Positions 13,101 through 25,858 of a stretch of DNA of 64,000 nt are shown here, piece after piece; the stretch's first letter is position 1; each line of letters starts with the position of its first letter. A program made the translations under genes and the position numbers. The stretch is taken from NCBI RefSeq assembly GCF_035594765.1, contig NC_085841.1, forward strand, positions 91,869,574 through 91,933,573. The letters are read 5' to 3'. Source of the stretch: Anolis carolinensis (lineage: Eukaryota). The notes under the pieces were generated by a model. It had not been told where the DNA came from and ran no database searches. It saw nothing but the letters and a program-made list of their open reading frames with translations.

Positions 13101-15385
13101 CCTAAAGAATACAATTTAAATGCAAAAACTGAGTATATTAAAATACAGGACTTATTAAAATTTAGTACTTAGTACCTGCAAGATGAAAATGAGTTAAAAC
13201 AAAGTATTATGAAAAGTCAAGATTATAATAACATGCCAAGTGTCTACAACAAATCAGAACTATATTAGATTTCTTTTTGTGTCATTAATGGCCTTGCTGA
13301 CAGTATTAGCAATCAAAAACTAAAAATTGAAAGATGAAGCCATTTCACAATAAACCTAAGCATGCCGTTGCATTATTCCTGTTTCCTTGACAACCTGCCA
13401 ACATTCATGACCCAAGAAAATTCCCAACTGAGTTGCTGATCCAGATGTTTAATAATTCAGAAGTCTGCTTTCCCTCTTTGGGTGGAATGGCATTTATCAC
13501 TAATGACTGAACCACCAGCAAACACCTCTCTGTCTTAATGTGCCAAGTGTGATGTGATGTCAGCTCTGTTAAATTAAATAAATCACCTCAGATGTCTTTC
13601 AATGTGGAGAATAAAGGATAAAATATGCCACTTACACAAAGAGCTGTTCTTTTCCTTGCAGTACTTTGACTATCATTTCAGATTATTTTCCTCAAAAAAG
13701 TGAATCTGAGATTAAATGTTAGTTTGTTCTAAATGGAGTGGCTTATTACAAGCCATCAGTAGCCATATTCCGTGTGTGAATTAAACTAATGGTGTGCCAT
13801 GCAAAATATGGGGAAAGGCCTAGACATGGCACAGATGGGTAGCTTACTCCATTAGTCTGCAAGCAGCACTACCTAAGGAATAATTGTTGAAGTCATATAC
13901 TTGGCTTATTTCTCATCTCATTACATGCTGGTTCAGTCAACACACAGCACACTGTGCTTTAATCTAGACATATCCTTGCAAACTAAAAGATGGTATATCA
14001 CTACATATTTCAGGTTAATCCTCACAGATGCTTCTCAATGGCACATTAACTGGCCCAGCCATCACTAGTTTCCCTCTGTTTCGATGGGAAGTGCTACTCT
14101 GTTTCAACATTTTCGTATGTTCAGATATTTGGGATGGAAACAACTTGCTAGTTTTTTAAATAAATGAAGGAGGAAGACAAAATAAGTATCTAGGATATGG
14201 GTGTTTATTTTTTCAAAATCAAGGTAGAAAGGTCTTGCCAATTTCCTTCCACCCCTTCACATGTTTACTAGCTGTATGGCAAGAAAGTTCATTGCACACC
14301 TTGGAATAGCTGCAACTACTGAATTTACCAATGTAAACAGAAGACAAATTCATTTCTGTTTATTTTGTAAGCATTTACTAAAATTATCAAAGTATTTATA
14401 TACAGCTAGAAAGAACCTGAATATAAAAATCTGAATGTAGAGGAAAGTGAAACTGATCCTAATACTGACATTATACATTTTGAGAGTCTAAATAAGATGA
14501 TTCACCCTAAGTACATTATTCATTTTTGGAGGAAGAAATTAAGTGTACAGTTTATGTGACTACAACAGGAAGCAACAAGAACCAAATATGAATGCCCTGG
14601 ACAAAAAAAGGGTAAGAATTGTTCAGAGTGTGATGTCATTCTTGATATTCTTCTTTTTGCACAGAGTCTGAGATCCATGAGAAAAGTTAAACCATGTAAG
14701 AATTAGGAAGATAAGATTTTGCACTGGAGACTAGTTCATTCGATACATCATTTTAAAAAATGTTTGAGAAAACGGATAAGGTAGAAAGGTGATTCTGTAA
14801 TTCACTATGTCAGGGTCAGAAAGAGATTTGCTCAGGAAAGTGAAGAGGCTCCTGGTGATGAATGAGAATCAATTTGGATCACTGAGCTGGAATATATAAG
14901 AAAAGCAGAAATAAAACACGGAAATACCTTCAAATAGGAGATGAAACTCGACTAGGGAAAAAATTAACAAGAAAAATTGTGCTACCAAAAGAAGAAAAAA
15001 CAAATAAGTTTAGTGCACAAGAAAATACGCTATGGTCATACTCCATTTAGAGTTAATGCTGAGCCGAAGGAGAGGTGCTTCATCTCTTAGGCAGGTAAAC
15101 TCCCTTATTCCATGACCCATAGAATGACCTAAAATGTATTTCAGAAAAAACTCCAAAGCATGGGTGAATTATTGTATTACTGGACTTTATTTGGTACTGT
15201 GAAATGCATTCTTTAAAAGAGACGTCTCTGAATCCTGGGCACTTAAGGCTAACAGAAGAAAATGTTTAGAAATGTCTGCGTTCTGTTTAAATTATTGTTT
15301 TTTCAATTCCAGTGTTTTAGAAATGCAGCTAAATACGTAAAAATGCAACTTAACTGTAATGGCACTTTTGACAGCCATGAATTAC

Positions 15386-15647
15386 TCGGTACATTCCTTC
15401 AGCAGGATATCTAGCTAAAGCGTAGAACACCAAACGTTGCTCTTTGACAAAAAGTGATCTTCAATACTAGCAAAGAAAACTAACAAAGAAAACAGCAGCA
15501 GCTTTAAAATGAACTGAAGGTGATCCAATGGTCTTCCTAACAACTGGCCCTCTAAGAGAGGACCCCCCACTCCATCTTTTAAGTCAACTGAATTCATGAT
15601 ATCCCATGGAAATTCAACTAAATCTACAATCACATCGTTTTATAATC
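15386..15647 (-). pseudogene. Exon-like block of the decayed gene (NDVIVDLVEFPWDIMNSVDLKDGVGGPLLEGQLLGRP...)
   Basis: Acceptor TTTGTTCTGCAG|G, donor CGA|GTAATT; globular-domain-like translation with in-frame stops and a probable frameshift. Confidence 0.5.
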
Positions 15648-16254
15648 CTGCAGAACAAATGACATATGTTTAAGTCTAAAATATTATTCTTACAATTTCC
15701 CACAGAAATATCTAACTGATGGCAACAATCTGATATTTTTTCACGCTGAATCTGCATTGCTCTTTTCCAAAATAATGAGCCTACGTTTTGACTCCTTCAC
15801 ATATTTATGAATAAAAACTGCTGCAGTTTCTGTATACAATACAACTTTTCTCTCTATAATTTTAAAATAAATTGCTTTCCAATACTACATATTGGTTTCA
15901 TTCAATGATTATCCAAATCATTATTCTTTTTCCAATCTGCAAGTCAAACCATTAACCTGCCTCAAGTCCCCGAGCCCATCATTATCGACTTTAGGTTTTC
16001 CTTCTGAAAAATCTTGAAATATATATTCTGTTTTTTGCAAGTGCTTTAATTAGTAGAACCTATGTGTTTTCACTGAATGTAGTTAATTACTACTAAACTT
16101 CTGAATAAGGTGCCAGCTAGCAAAAGGAAGGTGGAAAACAGTTCACATGCATTCAGAAGGTATTGTCCATCTTCCACATTCCTTTGAGGTTAAGGGCATA
16201 GGATCTCCATGAAAGCACAAAAAATAATAATAAAGGAATGGCTATTTTCTTAAC

Positions 16255-16418
16255 CTGAGGAATTTCAATCTTCCAGCATGACCCTATGATCAACTTCTGC
16301 TGGAAGCTGAAAGTAATGCCGGAAGACTTAGCGATGCCTGGAAAGATGTCCTCTCTAAGTCCTTCAGCATGAGTATGGGAAGTTGACCATAGAGTCACAT
16401 TGGGAGACCTAGAAATTC
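16255..16418 (-). pseudogene. Exon-like block of the decayed gene
   Basis: Acceptor TTCACTCTAG|G, donor CAG|GTTAAG; one frame open throughout (part of ORF 16153-16545). Confidence 0.45.
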
Positions 16419-17068
16419 CTAGAGTGAACATTTTAAAATCAAATCTGTGAATAATCAAATCTACAAAAGTAAAAACTGCAAATGTGCAGCGATGCATGTA
16501 TAAGCTACAGAGAATACTAAGGGGGAATAGTGCTGGTCTGAACAAATTACGTTGTGCTGCAGTGAGATTCAGTGATATATGACTTTTATTTTATTTCAGA
16601 AATCACATGTTATGTGACAATACAGCAATGTATCAAGTTTTGATTTCAAGAAAGACTGCCTTGTAAACACTTCACATGTGTCTGAAAGCATGCCAAAATA
16701 TCCTTAAACTGATACGTGGAAAATATATTCAGAAGAATCATAAACTATGAATGCAATCCTATAAATGTCTACTGAGAAGTAAACCCTGAGATTTTGATGG
16801 AAGTGTGAGAAAATCAGTAAGTTGATGAACAAAATTTAACAATAAGTGTCACAAGGAAAGGCATAATTATATATATTTTTAATTTTCTTTTATAGACACC
16901 ACAAAACCAAAACAAACTAACAACAGAGGTGTTGATACCCACCAATGAAAGTTCTCTTCACCAAGTAATAACCTGGAATTGAACATCTAGCCCAAACCTT
17001 GGAAGAATTATTTCTGGCCAATGCAAAATATATGTGATTTTTAAAATTTTGAACACAGTGTTAAGAGT

Positions 17069-18806
17069 CAGGGCCGGTCCTAGGTAATTTTCAAGTGTAA
17101 ACTAACAGAATTTTGGCACCCCTGACCCAAACCAATCACTGAAAAATTAAAGCGTTGGATAAGCGAAAATGTTGGATAATGAGGGATTAAGGAAAAGCTT
17201 ATTAAACATCAAATTACATTATGATTTTACAAATTAAGCACCAAAACATCATGTTTTACAACAAATCAACAGAAAAAGCAGTTCAATACATGGTAATGTT
17301 ATGTAGGAATTACTATATTTGCGAATTTAGGATCAAACATTGAACTGGGATATAGGGCAGTGTGGACTCAGATAACCCAGTTCAAAGCAGATATTGTGGG
17401 TTATTCTGCTTTGATATTCTGAGTTATAAGGCTGTGTGGGAGAGCCCCGAGGGTCCTTCCACACAGCCATATAACCCAGAATATCAAGGCAGATAATCCA
17501 CATTATCTGCTTTGAACTGGATTATATGGCAGTGTGGACTCAGATAACCCAGTTCAAAGCAGATATTATGGGTTGTTCTGCCTTGATATTCTGGGTTATA
17601 TGGTTGTGTAGAAGAGCCCTGAGGGTCCTTCCACACAGCCATATAATCCAGAATATCAAGGCAGATAATCTACAAAGATGTTTCAGTCTACTTGGAATAC
17701 ACGAAGCGTGTTTAAGAACCAGTCCAAGAGTCCAGAAGAGCCTTGACTCCCCATATGACCATCATCCCACTTTCTTTGAAAGTTAACTTGAACCCAGTAT
17801 GCTTTATTATGCCAATTGTTTGCCTTAGATCAGTCATGAGACAAACTTGGCCCTCCAGGTGTTTTGGACTCCAACTCTCACAATTCCTAACAGCCTACCA
17901 GCTGTTAGGAATTGTGGGAGTTGCAGTCCAAACATCCGGAGGGCCAAAGTTTGCCCCATACCTGCCATAGATAGTTGAACAAATAGTTTTCATGGTTGCC
18001 CCTCGCTGTTAGGAATTGTGGGAGTTGAAGTCCAAAACAACCGGAGGGCAGAAGTTTGCCTATGCCTGCTGTAAACTAAACAAATACAACTTGGCAGCAC
18101 TTTTAACTGCCATGACTCAATGCTATAAAATCCTGGGAGTTTTAGAAAGTCTTCGGGCCGGTGACTCCCTCCCTCAAGCCCAGGTATCTGAAGCAACCAA
18201 TCAGGAGGCCGCACCTCAGCCCTCCCCGGGAGCACTCGGAGAGCTCCTTCAACCCCTTCCTGAACCCCCTGCCCGCTCCAAGTCCTGGCTTACAGTGCTG
18301 AGGAGTCAGGCAAGGACTTGGGGCTGCTGCAGAAAGGGTTACAGGTTGAAGGGGCTGCCCGCCTTGGCCGCTCCATAGGCGCCCCAGTCGCCCTGGCCCC
18401 CGCTTTCTCCACCACCGCCATCCATTCCTCGCCAGTGCTGGGAGCAAGCTGCGGCTGCCATGCCCGAACTTGAGTGGCTTCCTCCTCAGGCCATGCCCCC
18501 AGGGAGGAGACTTCAACTCCAAACAGCCTCACTGCTTTGGCTGATGCTCGGGGTTGGTGGGAACTGGAGTCCGAAACACCTGGGTCACCACCGAAGCTTG
18601 GGAAGCACTTGAAGGAAGTGACTCTGCGCCTCTGCTTTAAAGTAAAGAAACCTTGGTGCCACTTTTAACTGCCATGGTGGTCCGGCCACCGCAGAGGCAG
18701 GAAGGCCACGCCTGGGCGGAGGTGCCTCAATGACACCGCCTAGGCGCCCCCTAGAGGATGGCGCCTTCAGAAACTCTTACTTCACCTAATGGTTAAACCG
18801 CCCCTG
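17069..18806 (+). mobile_element. Composite non-autonomous hAT element with MITE fragments and GC-rich cargo
   Basis: TIRs CAGGGCCGGT...ACCGCCCCTG; imperfect TSD GTTAAGAGT/GTTAGAGT; left end similar to the element at 60726; internal mariner-like, Harbinger-like and hAT MITE pieces. Confidence 0.85.
17345..17670. mobile_element. Tandem PIF/Harbinger-type MITEs (complete unit 17451-17619)
   Basis: TIRs GGGTCCTTCCACAC...GTGTAGAAGAGCCC; units joined by 3-bp CGA/TGA spacers. Confidence 0.8.
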
Positions 18807-19579
18807 GTTAGAGTATACCCTCAAGCGTAATTCAGAATCTGCTTTTGTACTTGACCTCTACTCTGTAACACTGCAATTGTTTCTAAGGTAAATATAGCAG
18901 CATCATGAGCCCATTGTACTAAAAGGACAGAGTATGTGGGGGAAACTGTAATGTGGAAACAGGGCACCCCAATCTGATATCATGAAGAGGTTTGGAGAAA
19001 TAGGTCATCCTAGAAGCTTAGTTTTTAATCCTATCTGTCCTTGTCTAGTACATATATGTTACAGGATCTGTGTTAGCGTCAGCCTAAACCTTTTAATTTC
19101 ATTTAGCATTGACTTCACAGATTGCTACTACCCTGTATTTTCTTGACCTTGCAGATGAAACTGCTGTGCAGCATATCAATGGCAGATGTGCTTATAAACC
19201 AGAGATAAATTATTGTGATAAATTATAGATATTGTTTTCTTCCTGTCTAGAAGCTTCCTAACAGGCTTTAAATTTCAAACCACTGGATTCAGATAAGCCT
19301 GCAACATCATCCATTTCCTTCAACCCCTTTATGTCTTTAAGATATTTTCAGAAGTGTACTGGCCAAGGGCATGTTCTTATTTTTCTGCAGATTGTTAGAC
19401 TGGCATTAAGTGATCTTAATCATATTTGGAAGAATGCCTCACTGAAACTATGTCAATCTGCGTCCAAGTAGAACTGTTTATGATCTCACATAATTTTACA
19501 CAGGTTATTGCTGTCTTCCAAACATGTTTGTCCTGGCCCACTGTGATGAGAAGCTCAGTGTTGGTAGTAAACTCAAGGA

Positions 19580-19862
19580 GAAAGTGAAAATAAAAAGGGC
19601 ATGTGCAAATAAAGGATGAAAGGATGGACAAATCACCCAGGAAGAGTACAAATATGTAGCTCATGCTTGCAGTGATAATATAAAGCAAGGTAAAACTCAC
19701 AAAAGTAAGATTGAGTATATAAGCAATGTGCAACAAAAGACGGTTTAGTAGGTATATTCAAAGCAAGAGAATGACCAAGAAAACAGTAAGGATGGCAAAA
19801 GGCTAACAGATTATTATGAAAAAGCAGAAATGCTTAATGCCTATTTTGTTTCAGTCTCTTTT
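19580..19862 (+). mobile_element. Old CR1 ORF2 fragment
   Basis: Degenerate translation GQITQEEYKYVAHAC...RYIQSKR...EKAEMLNAYFVSV matches the CR1 EN-RT tether region. Confidence 0.75.
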
Positions 19863-20458
19863 GTTAGATATCTTTGCAAATTTCTGTCCAATAATTTAAC
19901 CAATATGTTAAAATTAGTATTTTATTAAGCAATTTAGCTGTCTGTATAGTGTCGGTACCTAATAGGAATGCTGTAGTGGTGTGTTTTTGACAATCCATTT
20001 TCTGTTTTCACCATCATTATACACATTCTCTCTAGTTTTCCAAAATTAAAAATAATACAAACTTGATAGTTTTTACACTTTAGGATGATCTTACTTTTAT
20101 TTTCTATGACATTGTTTTATTTGACATGTGCTAATATTCTTTTATAACACCATCCTAGATACCTTTGGTTTGGACTGCCAAATCTGTTCTTGAAAGCACT
20201 TGGGTCCATGGGATAACCATACTTCCATACTTTTGATGGGAATAGCAACTAACAGGTTGAAAAAAATCTTCTCAATCTAAACTACAGAACTTGTCAGATG
20301 AAGTCTTTCATGTGTCCTCTCCTTTATTCAATTAATTAAGAAGTCTAAGATCATTTTTCTTTTACAAGACCAATGATGCCTTGATTTTCTATTCCTGCAC
20401 TAATCCATCCCAGCTCGAGTACCCTCAGGGAGATAGGTGCAGGATATAAATAAAGTGT

Positions 20459-20489
<31 letters not shown>

Positions 20490-20519
20490 AGCATCAGCAT
20501 CAGCATCAGCATCATCATC
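20459..20519. repeat. Compound (CAT)n/(CAG)n microsatellite at an L2-like 3' tail
   Basis: Directly visible; preceded by CTCGAGTACCCTCAGGGAGATAGG...ATAAATAAAG. Confidence 0.85.
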
Positions 20520-21213
20520 CTGAGTATGACTCTGAATCAGAGGGGATATAAAATTAAATTTTAGAACTTAAAATGCAGCCTACCTGCACAGACTACAACT
20601 TTTTATTTGTTTGCCTATTTTATTTTCTTAACTTTATAACCCAGTTTTCTCCCATATGAGACCCAAAATGTTTTCCCATGAAACAGGAAGTATTAGGGAT
20701 AGCTAGAGGCTCAAACATATGTCTGCTTAGCCACAATATCTACATACCCTCCAGTTGGCCTGGATTATTCTTATCATCCTGCTTTTTAACTGCTTTTAAA
20801 ATGCCCCAGTTTATCTCTCCTCCTCTCATGTTCTCCCCTTGTCTTCAGCTTACTTTCACTGCTGTACACTAACTTCAAAGTGCAAAACTGGTTTGTGCCC
20901 AATTAAGTCAGCAGGGAGGAGATGAGAGGAGCAGAAAGGAATCACGCAATTCCCAGTAGACTCAGAAAATTAAGCAAGTGAAGCCTTTCCTTATTTGTGT
21001 GTTCTTCTTCAATGACAATTTTTGCCATCATGAAGGCACTGATGTTGCTTGAGCATAAATTTCCTCATTTCATCTGTGAAATGTTGTCCAGTAGATGGGT
21101 AACCACAGACCGACTCACTCCCAATCTAAACCTCTTTGTTAAAGAATTAAATAAGATAATTTTAAACTTTGACAGATCTGAGGGCCAACTTTCTGCCCTG
21201 GGACCCTCTAAGG

Positions 21214-21516
21214 CAGGGGTCCCCAAACTAAGGCCCGGGGCCCACATGTGGACCATCAAGGCCATTTATTCGGCCCCCGTGGCAGCGGCTCCCTCCTCCT
21301 CCACCGAGGAAGGCAGAAGCGGCACAAGGGAGGAGGGAAAGGCGCACACCTTTCCCACCTCCTCCCGCGCCTTCCAAAGCTTTGCTTGTTTATAATGGTA
21401 TTTTAATTATTATTTAATTAATAATTAATTATCAAGGGGTGCTTTGCTTGTGCTTTTGGTGCACAAAGGCAGAAAGGGGTTGGACTAAATGGCCCAAGGG
21501 GTCTCTTCCAACCCTC

Positions 21517-21570
<54 letters not shown>

Positions 21571-21886
21571 ATTGAGACTGGGTGGCCATCTGTCAGGGGT
21601 GTTTTGCTTTTGCTTTTGGTACACAAAGGCAGAAAGGGTTGGACTAAATGGCCCAAGGGGTTTCTTCCAACTCTCTTAATTATTTTATGATGATGATGAT
21701 TAACATTGAGGCTGTATTTGTTCCCATTTTGTTTGTTTATTTCAAAATAATATGTGTGCAGTGTGCATTGGTATTTGTTCATAGTTTTCTGTTTGTTTTT
21801 TGTTTTTTAAAAAACTATAGTCCAGCCCTCCAATGGGCTGAGGGACCATGAACTGGTCCCCTGTATAAAAAGTTTGGGGACCCCTG
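21214..21886 (+). mobile_element. Non-autonomous hAT (Charlie-type) element containing duplicated CR1 3' ends
   Basis: TIRs CAGGGGTCCCCAAACT...AGTTTGGGGACCCCTG; perfect TSD CTCTAAGG at 21206-21213 and 21887-21894. Confidence 0.96.
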
Positions 21887-22149
21887 CTCTAAGGGCTGCA
21901 CTGACTTCAAAAATCAGAACTATGTGGAAGTCTTCTTCTGGTCTTGTTTATTTATTTTCATTCATTCAAATATACATACATTGCAAGTGTTTGTTGCATA
22001 CAGTGCAATACTTTCATCTATTAGTCTTTCATAATCATTTCTCAGACAATATATTTTCAACAAGGGGTCACAGTCTTCTATTTGAATAGTACATATAAAA
22101 ATATTATAAGTTCCAAATTTATATCTGTTTCCTCCTTGTCTTCAGTCTA

Positions 22150-24245
22150 TTAGCTTCCTCTATGTACATTTTTAGATTAATTTTACATTGAAATGTTGGA
22201 TCATTGGTTGCCATTCATTAACAATGTTATCTAAAGGTTCTCCTCTTAAGTGCATTGTTATTTTGTCTATCATCAGCAACTCTATAATATATTGTTCCAG
22301 TTCTGCTAAAGGAGGTACCTCTGAGGTTTTCCAATATCTAGTGTTATACTATCCGAGCTGCCACTGTCACGTAAAACAAAATTCTTCCATATTTCCTTTC
22401 CAATTCTTCTTCGGGCATGTTCAAAAGGTACATTTGTGGTGTCATTTTAAAATTTGTATTTAATATCTTTTCTAGATGTACATGAATCGGTTTCCAATAG
22501 CTGTTTACTTTGTTGCATGACCACCACAGGTGGTAAAATGTGCCTTTTTCTATCCCACATTTCCAGCATTTATCGGTGCAATTGTACATCTTCGCTAATC
22601 TCTCTGGAGGGAGATACCACCGCAAGTGCATTTTGTAAATATTTTCTTTTAGGTTTTGACATGCCGTATACTTCATTCTTCTATTCCATGTTTTTTTCCC
22701 CATTGGACCATTTTTATCTCTTGGCCGATGTTTTGAGCCCACCTAATCATTGAGTCCTTTACTACTTCCTCTTCTGTGTGCCAAGTCAGTAGGTTTTTGT
22801 ATATATAAGATATAAGTCCGTTTGGTTTTTGGAACATCGCCACATCAAACCATTGGGTCCCGGAGCTTTGTTTATTTTGGCAGATTGTATTGCCTCTTCT
22901 ATTTCCTCTTTGCTGAGTGCTCGGTTTAAACTTCTTCTATCTTCTTCTGTGAATCTATTTATCTTTAATCCATCCAGATACTTTTGGATTTCTTCCTTGT
23001 TCGTTGTTTTGTGTTGGTATAAATTTGTGTAGTATTGTTCAAATATTTTCTTGATTTTAGTAGTTTCATGGTGTATATGATTACCGTCTGTTATTTTCGT
23101 GATGGGTGTATAGCATTGTTGCTTTCTTAACCGTAATGCTAGCCACTTTCCGGCTTTATTTGCCCATTCAAAATTTTTCTGTTTCCATCTCGTTAATTTC
23201 TTTGCTATCTCCTCTAATAAAATCAAGTCTAGCTGTTTTTGTAGAAACTTTATTTCTTCCTTTGTTTTTTTGTCGGATGGGTTTTTGTGGAGTTCTCTTT
23301 CTTTTTCTTTAATTGCTTCATTTATTTTATCCAATTTTTCCCTTTTTATTTTGTTTCTAATTGCATTTTGTTGAATAAAGAATCCTCTTATGACAGCTTT
23401 GCCTGCATCCCAGACAGTCTCAATTTTTACTTCTCCTGGTTTATTTTCAGCAAAGTAGAGTGTTAAAATGTCTTTTGCTTTCTTAACTATTTCTGGGTCT
23501 TGTAACAGGTTTTCATTTAGTTTCCAGGAGAAGTCAGTTCTCTCTTTTTTTTTTAAACTAGCAAAATCGCATTATGGTCTGAGAGGGTTCTTGGCAAGAT
23601 TTCCATTTTCTTTATCTGTGGGATAAGGGTTCTATTCTTGACAGGGATGAGTGTGCTTCTGAGTAAAATGTGAATCCCTTCTGATTCCCATATAGGTGTC
23701 TCCAGACATCGACCACTCCTGTTGTTTTCATTAAAGTATTAAAGGCTATGGGCAATTCCCCTTGATCTTGTTTGATCTTCCTTCCAGATTGTCTGTCTAT
23801 TTGTGGGTTCAGGACTCCGTTCCAATCTCCCAGCAAGATAATTTCTTCATAGTCCATGTCTAATATTGATTTTTCCAATCTCTTATAGAAGTTTTCTTTG
23901 GCTTTGTGTGGTCCATACACTCCAACCAGTAAGATTTTTTGATTTTGCCAGGTGATTTCTACTGCCAATTGGTGTCCAGATTCGTCTTTAAAGATTACTT
24001 GTGCTGGTATATTATCTCTTATGTAGATTGTAACACCTCTTTTCTTTTCATCTGCTAGCGAGTAAAAATGTTTACCTAGTCTTTTATTCTGCATCAGATA
24101 ATTTTTCCCTTTCTTGACTCTCACTTCTTCAAGGCAGATGATATCAAGTTTTTGCTTGCTTAAGAAGTGTATATTTTCCTCCTTTTTTCTGGTGTAGACA
24201 AGACATACCTTTTATATTCCAAGATAATATTTTTAAGTCTGCCAT
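22150..24245 (-). pseudogene. L1 ORF2p remnant (EN, tether and CCHC region; no RT)
   Basis: ORF pieces 23612-24124, 22786-23334 and 22344-22742; no YADD/FADD motif present. Confidence 0.9.
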
Positions 24246-24252
24246 GATTGTT

Positions 24253-25353
24253 TTATTCAGATATATTCAGAGTCACCATATTTGCTGTTGCTAATGTAAA
24301 ACCCTGTCTCTCTTTATGCTGCATGTGCATAGGTCGGCTTTCATTCATTTTCTCATTTTCTTCTCTTGGTGTCATTTTTTGGCGTTGTATTTCTACAGGT
24401 GTCATTCTCTTCTGTCCTCCCACTGCTCCTTCTAGATCTTCTGGTATTTCCCCTTCCGGTGGTGGGTCTCCTTTTTGAGTGTCTTCTTTTCCAAGTTTCC
24501 TCATAAATTCCTTTGCCTCATCTACTGAGTTAATTACAAACCATTTAGTCTGGTATCGAAAGCTTAATCCTTGAAGCCTGGCCCATCTGTATTGAATTGC
24601 TTGTTCCCTTAGAAAAGAAGTTAAGAAATTGTATTATCTTCTCTTTTGCAGGATTCTTATAGGTATATCTCTGTATATTGTTACCCTCTATCCATTAATT
24701 GTTATTTCATTCCTTGTACTATATTGTAATATGGCCTCTTTTGTTGATTTCTTCACACAGGTTATTACAATGTCTCTTGGTAAAGTAGATTTCCTGTTCT
24801 TTATGGAACCTACGCGACTTATCTTGTCTATTTCCCAGTCCATTTTCTGGTCTTCTATATTTAGGATTTTTGCAAATATTGGGATGAAGGTTTGCCTTAG
24901 CTTTTCTTCACGTTCCTCTCTCAAGCCTCTTATTTTTAGGGAGTTCTCCCTCATTTTCATTTCTAAAAGAGCTCTTTCATCCATCTCCTTTTCTCTTTCC
25001 CAATGTAGATTTCCTTGTAGTTGTACAAAATCTGTTTCCAACTGACTTACTTTAGTTGTAGCACTCCTTGGTTCTTCTTGGAGTGTTTTAATTGAATCTT
25101 TAAGTTCCTTCATCTCTTTTTTATAATCTGCCCTCATTTCTGCATGGAGATCTTGCATATCTCTCTTAAGTTCTGATTTTATCTCCCTTTGTTCTAACCT
25201 CAGCTTCCTTATTTCTTCCAAAAGCACATTTTGTTCTTGTTTTGGGGTGACACTTAAAGTTGTTTGTCTTAATTCTGGTGTGGAAGTCCTTGGCTCTTTA
25301 TTTTGTTTAGTCAGCTGTTGGGAAGCCATTCTAGTTTTCTGTCTTGTGTCCAT
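24253..25353 (-). pseudogene. L1 ORF1p (coiled coil plus RRM/CTD), interrupted by premature stops
   Basis: ORF 24688-25353 (LKIRGLRE, PRDIVI motifs) continues in frame past stops into ORF 24253-24504. Confidence 0.88.
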
Positions 25354-25858
25354 TCACTTAATCCTCTGCCTTAAAGAGTTATGCCCTAGGGCAAATGGAT
25401 TTGGTTGGCTTTACCTGTGTAGCTTTCCCTTTTTTAATTTCCTTTCCCTTTTCTTTCCCCTTCTTTCCCTTTCCCTTCTCCTTCTTTTCCACTCACTTCA
25501 CCTGTCTCTTCGTAGTCCAGTCCGTATTTTCCACTTCTCTTTCTCTCACTGCACCTCTTGTCTCACCATTCTCTCTGCTCTCAATTCTTTCTCTTCTACA
25601 AATCAACTTCCTTTTCACCTCTTCCTTATCCTTCTCTTTATCCCTCTAACTCTCTAACTTCTGTCTTCTCTCTCTCTGTTTCTACTCTCTTTCTCTTTAT
25701 TTGCAGAATCTCAAATTGAGTTAAAGGTTACACTTTCACCCTCCAGTCCAGTCCAGGTTTTTTAAAGTCTAGTCCGTGTTTTCCACTTCTCTTTCACACC
25801 TCACTTCTACCCCCCCTCTTTCTTCTCTATTCCTCTCCGTTTCTCCTCTCCTGCTTCC

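Noticed and set aside
18016-18668. Overlapping 60-126 aa ORFs in the GC-rich hAT cargo
   Set aside because: Expected from high GC content, present on both strands, no recognisable domain.
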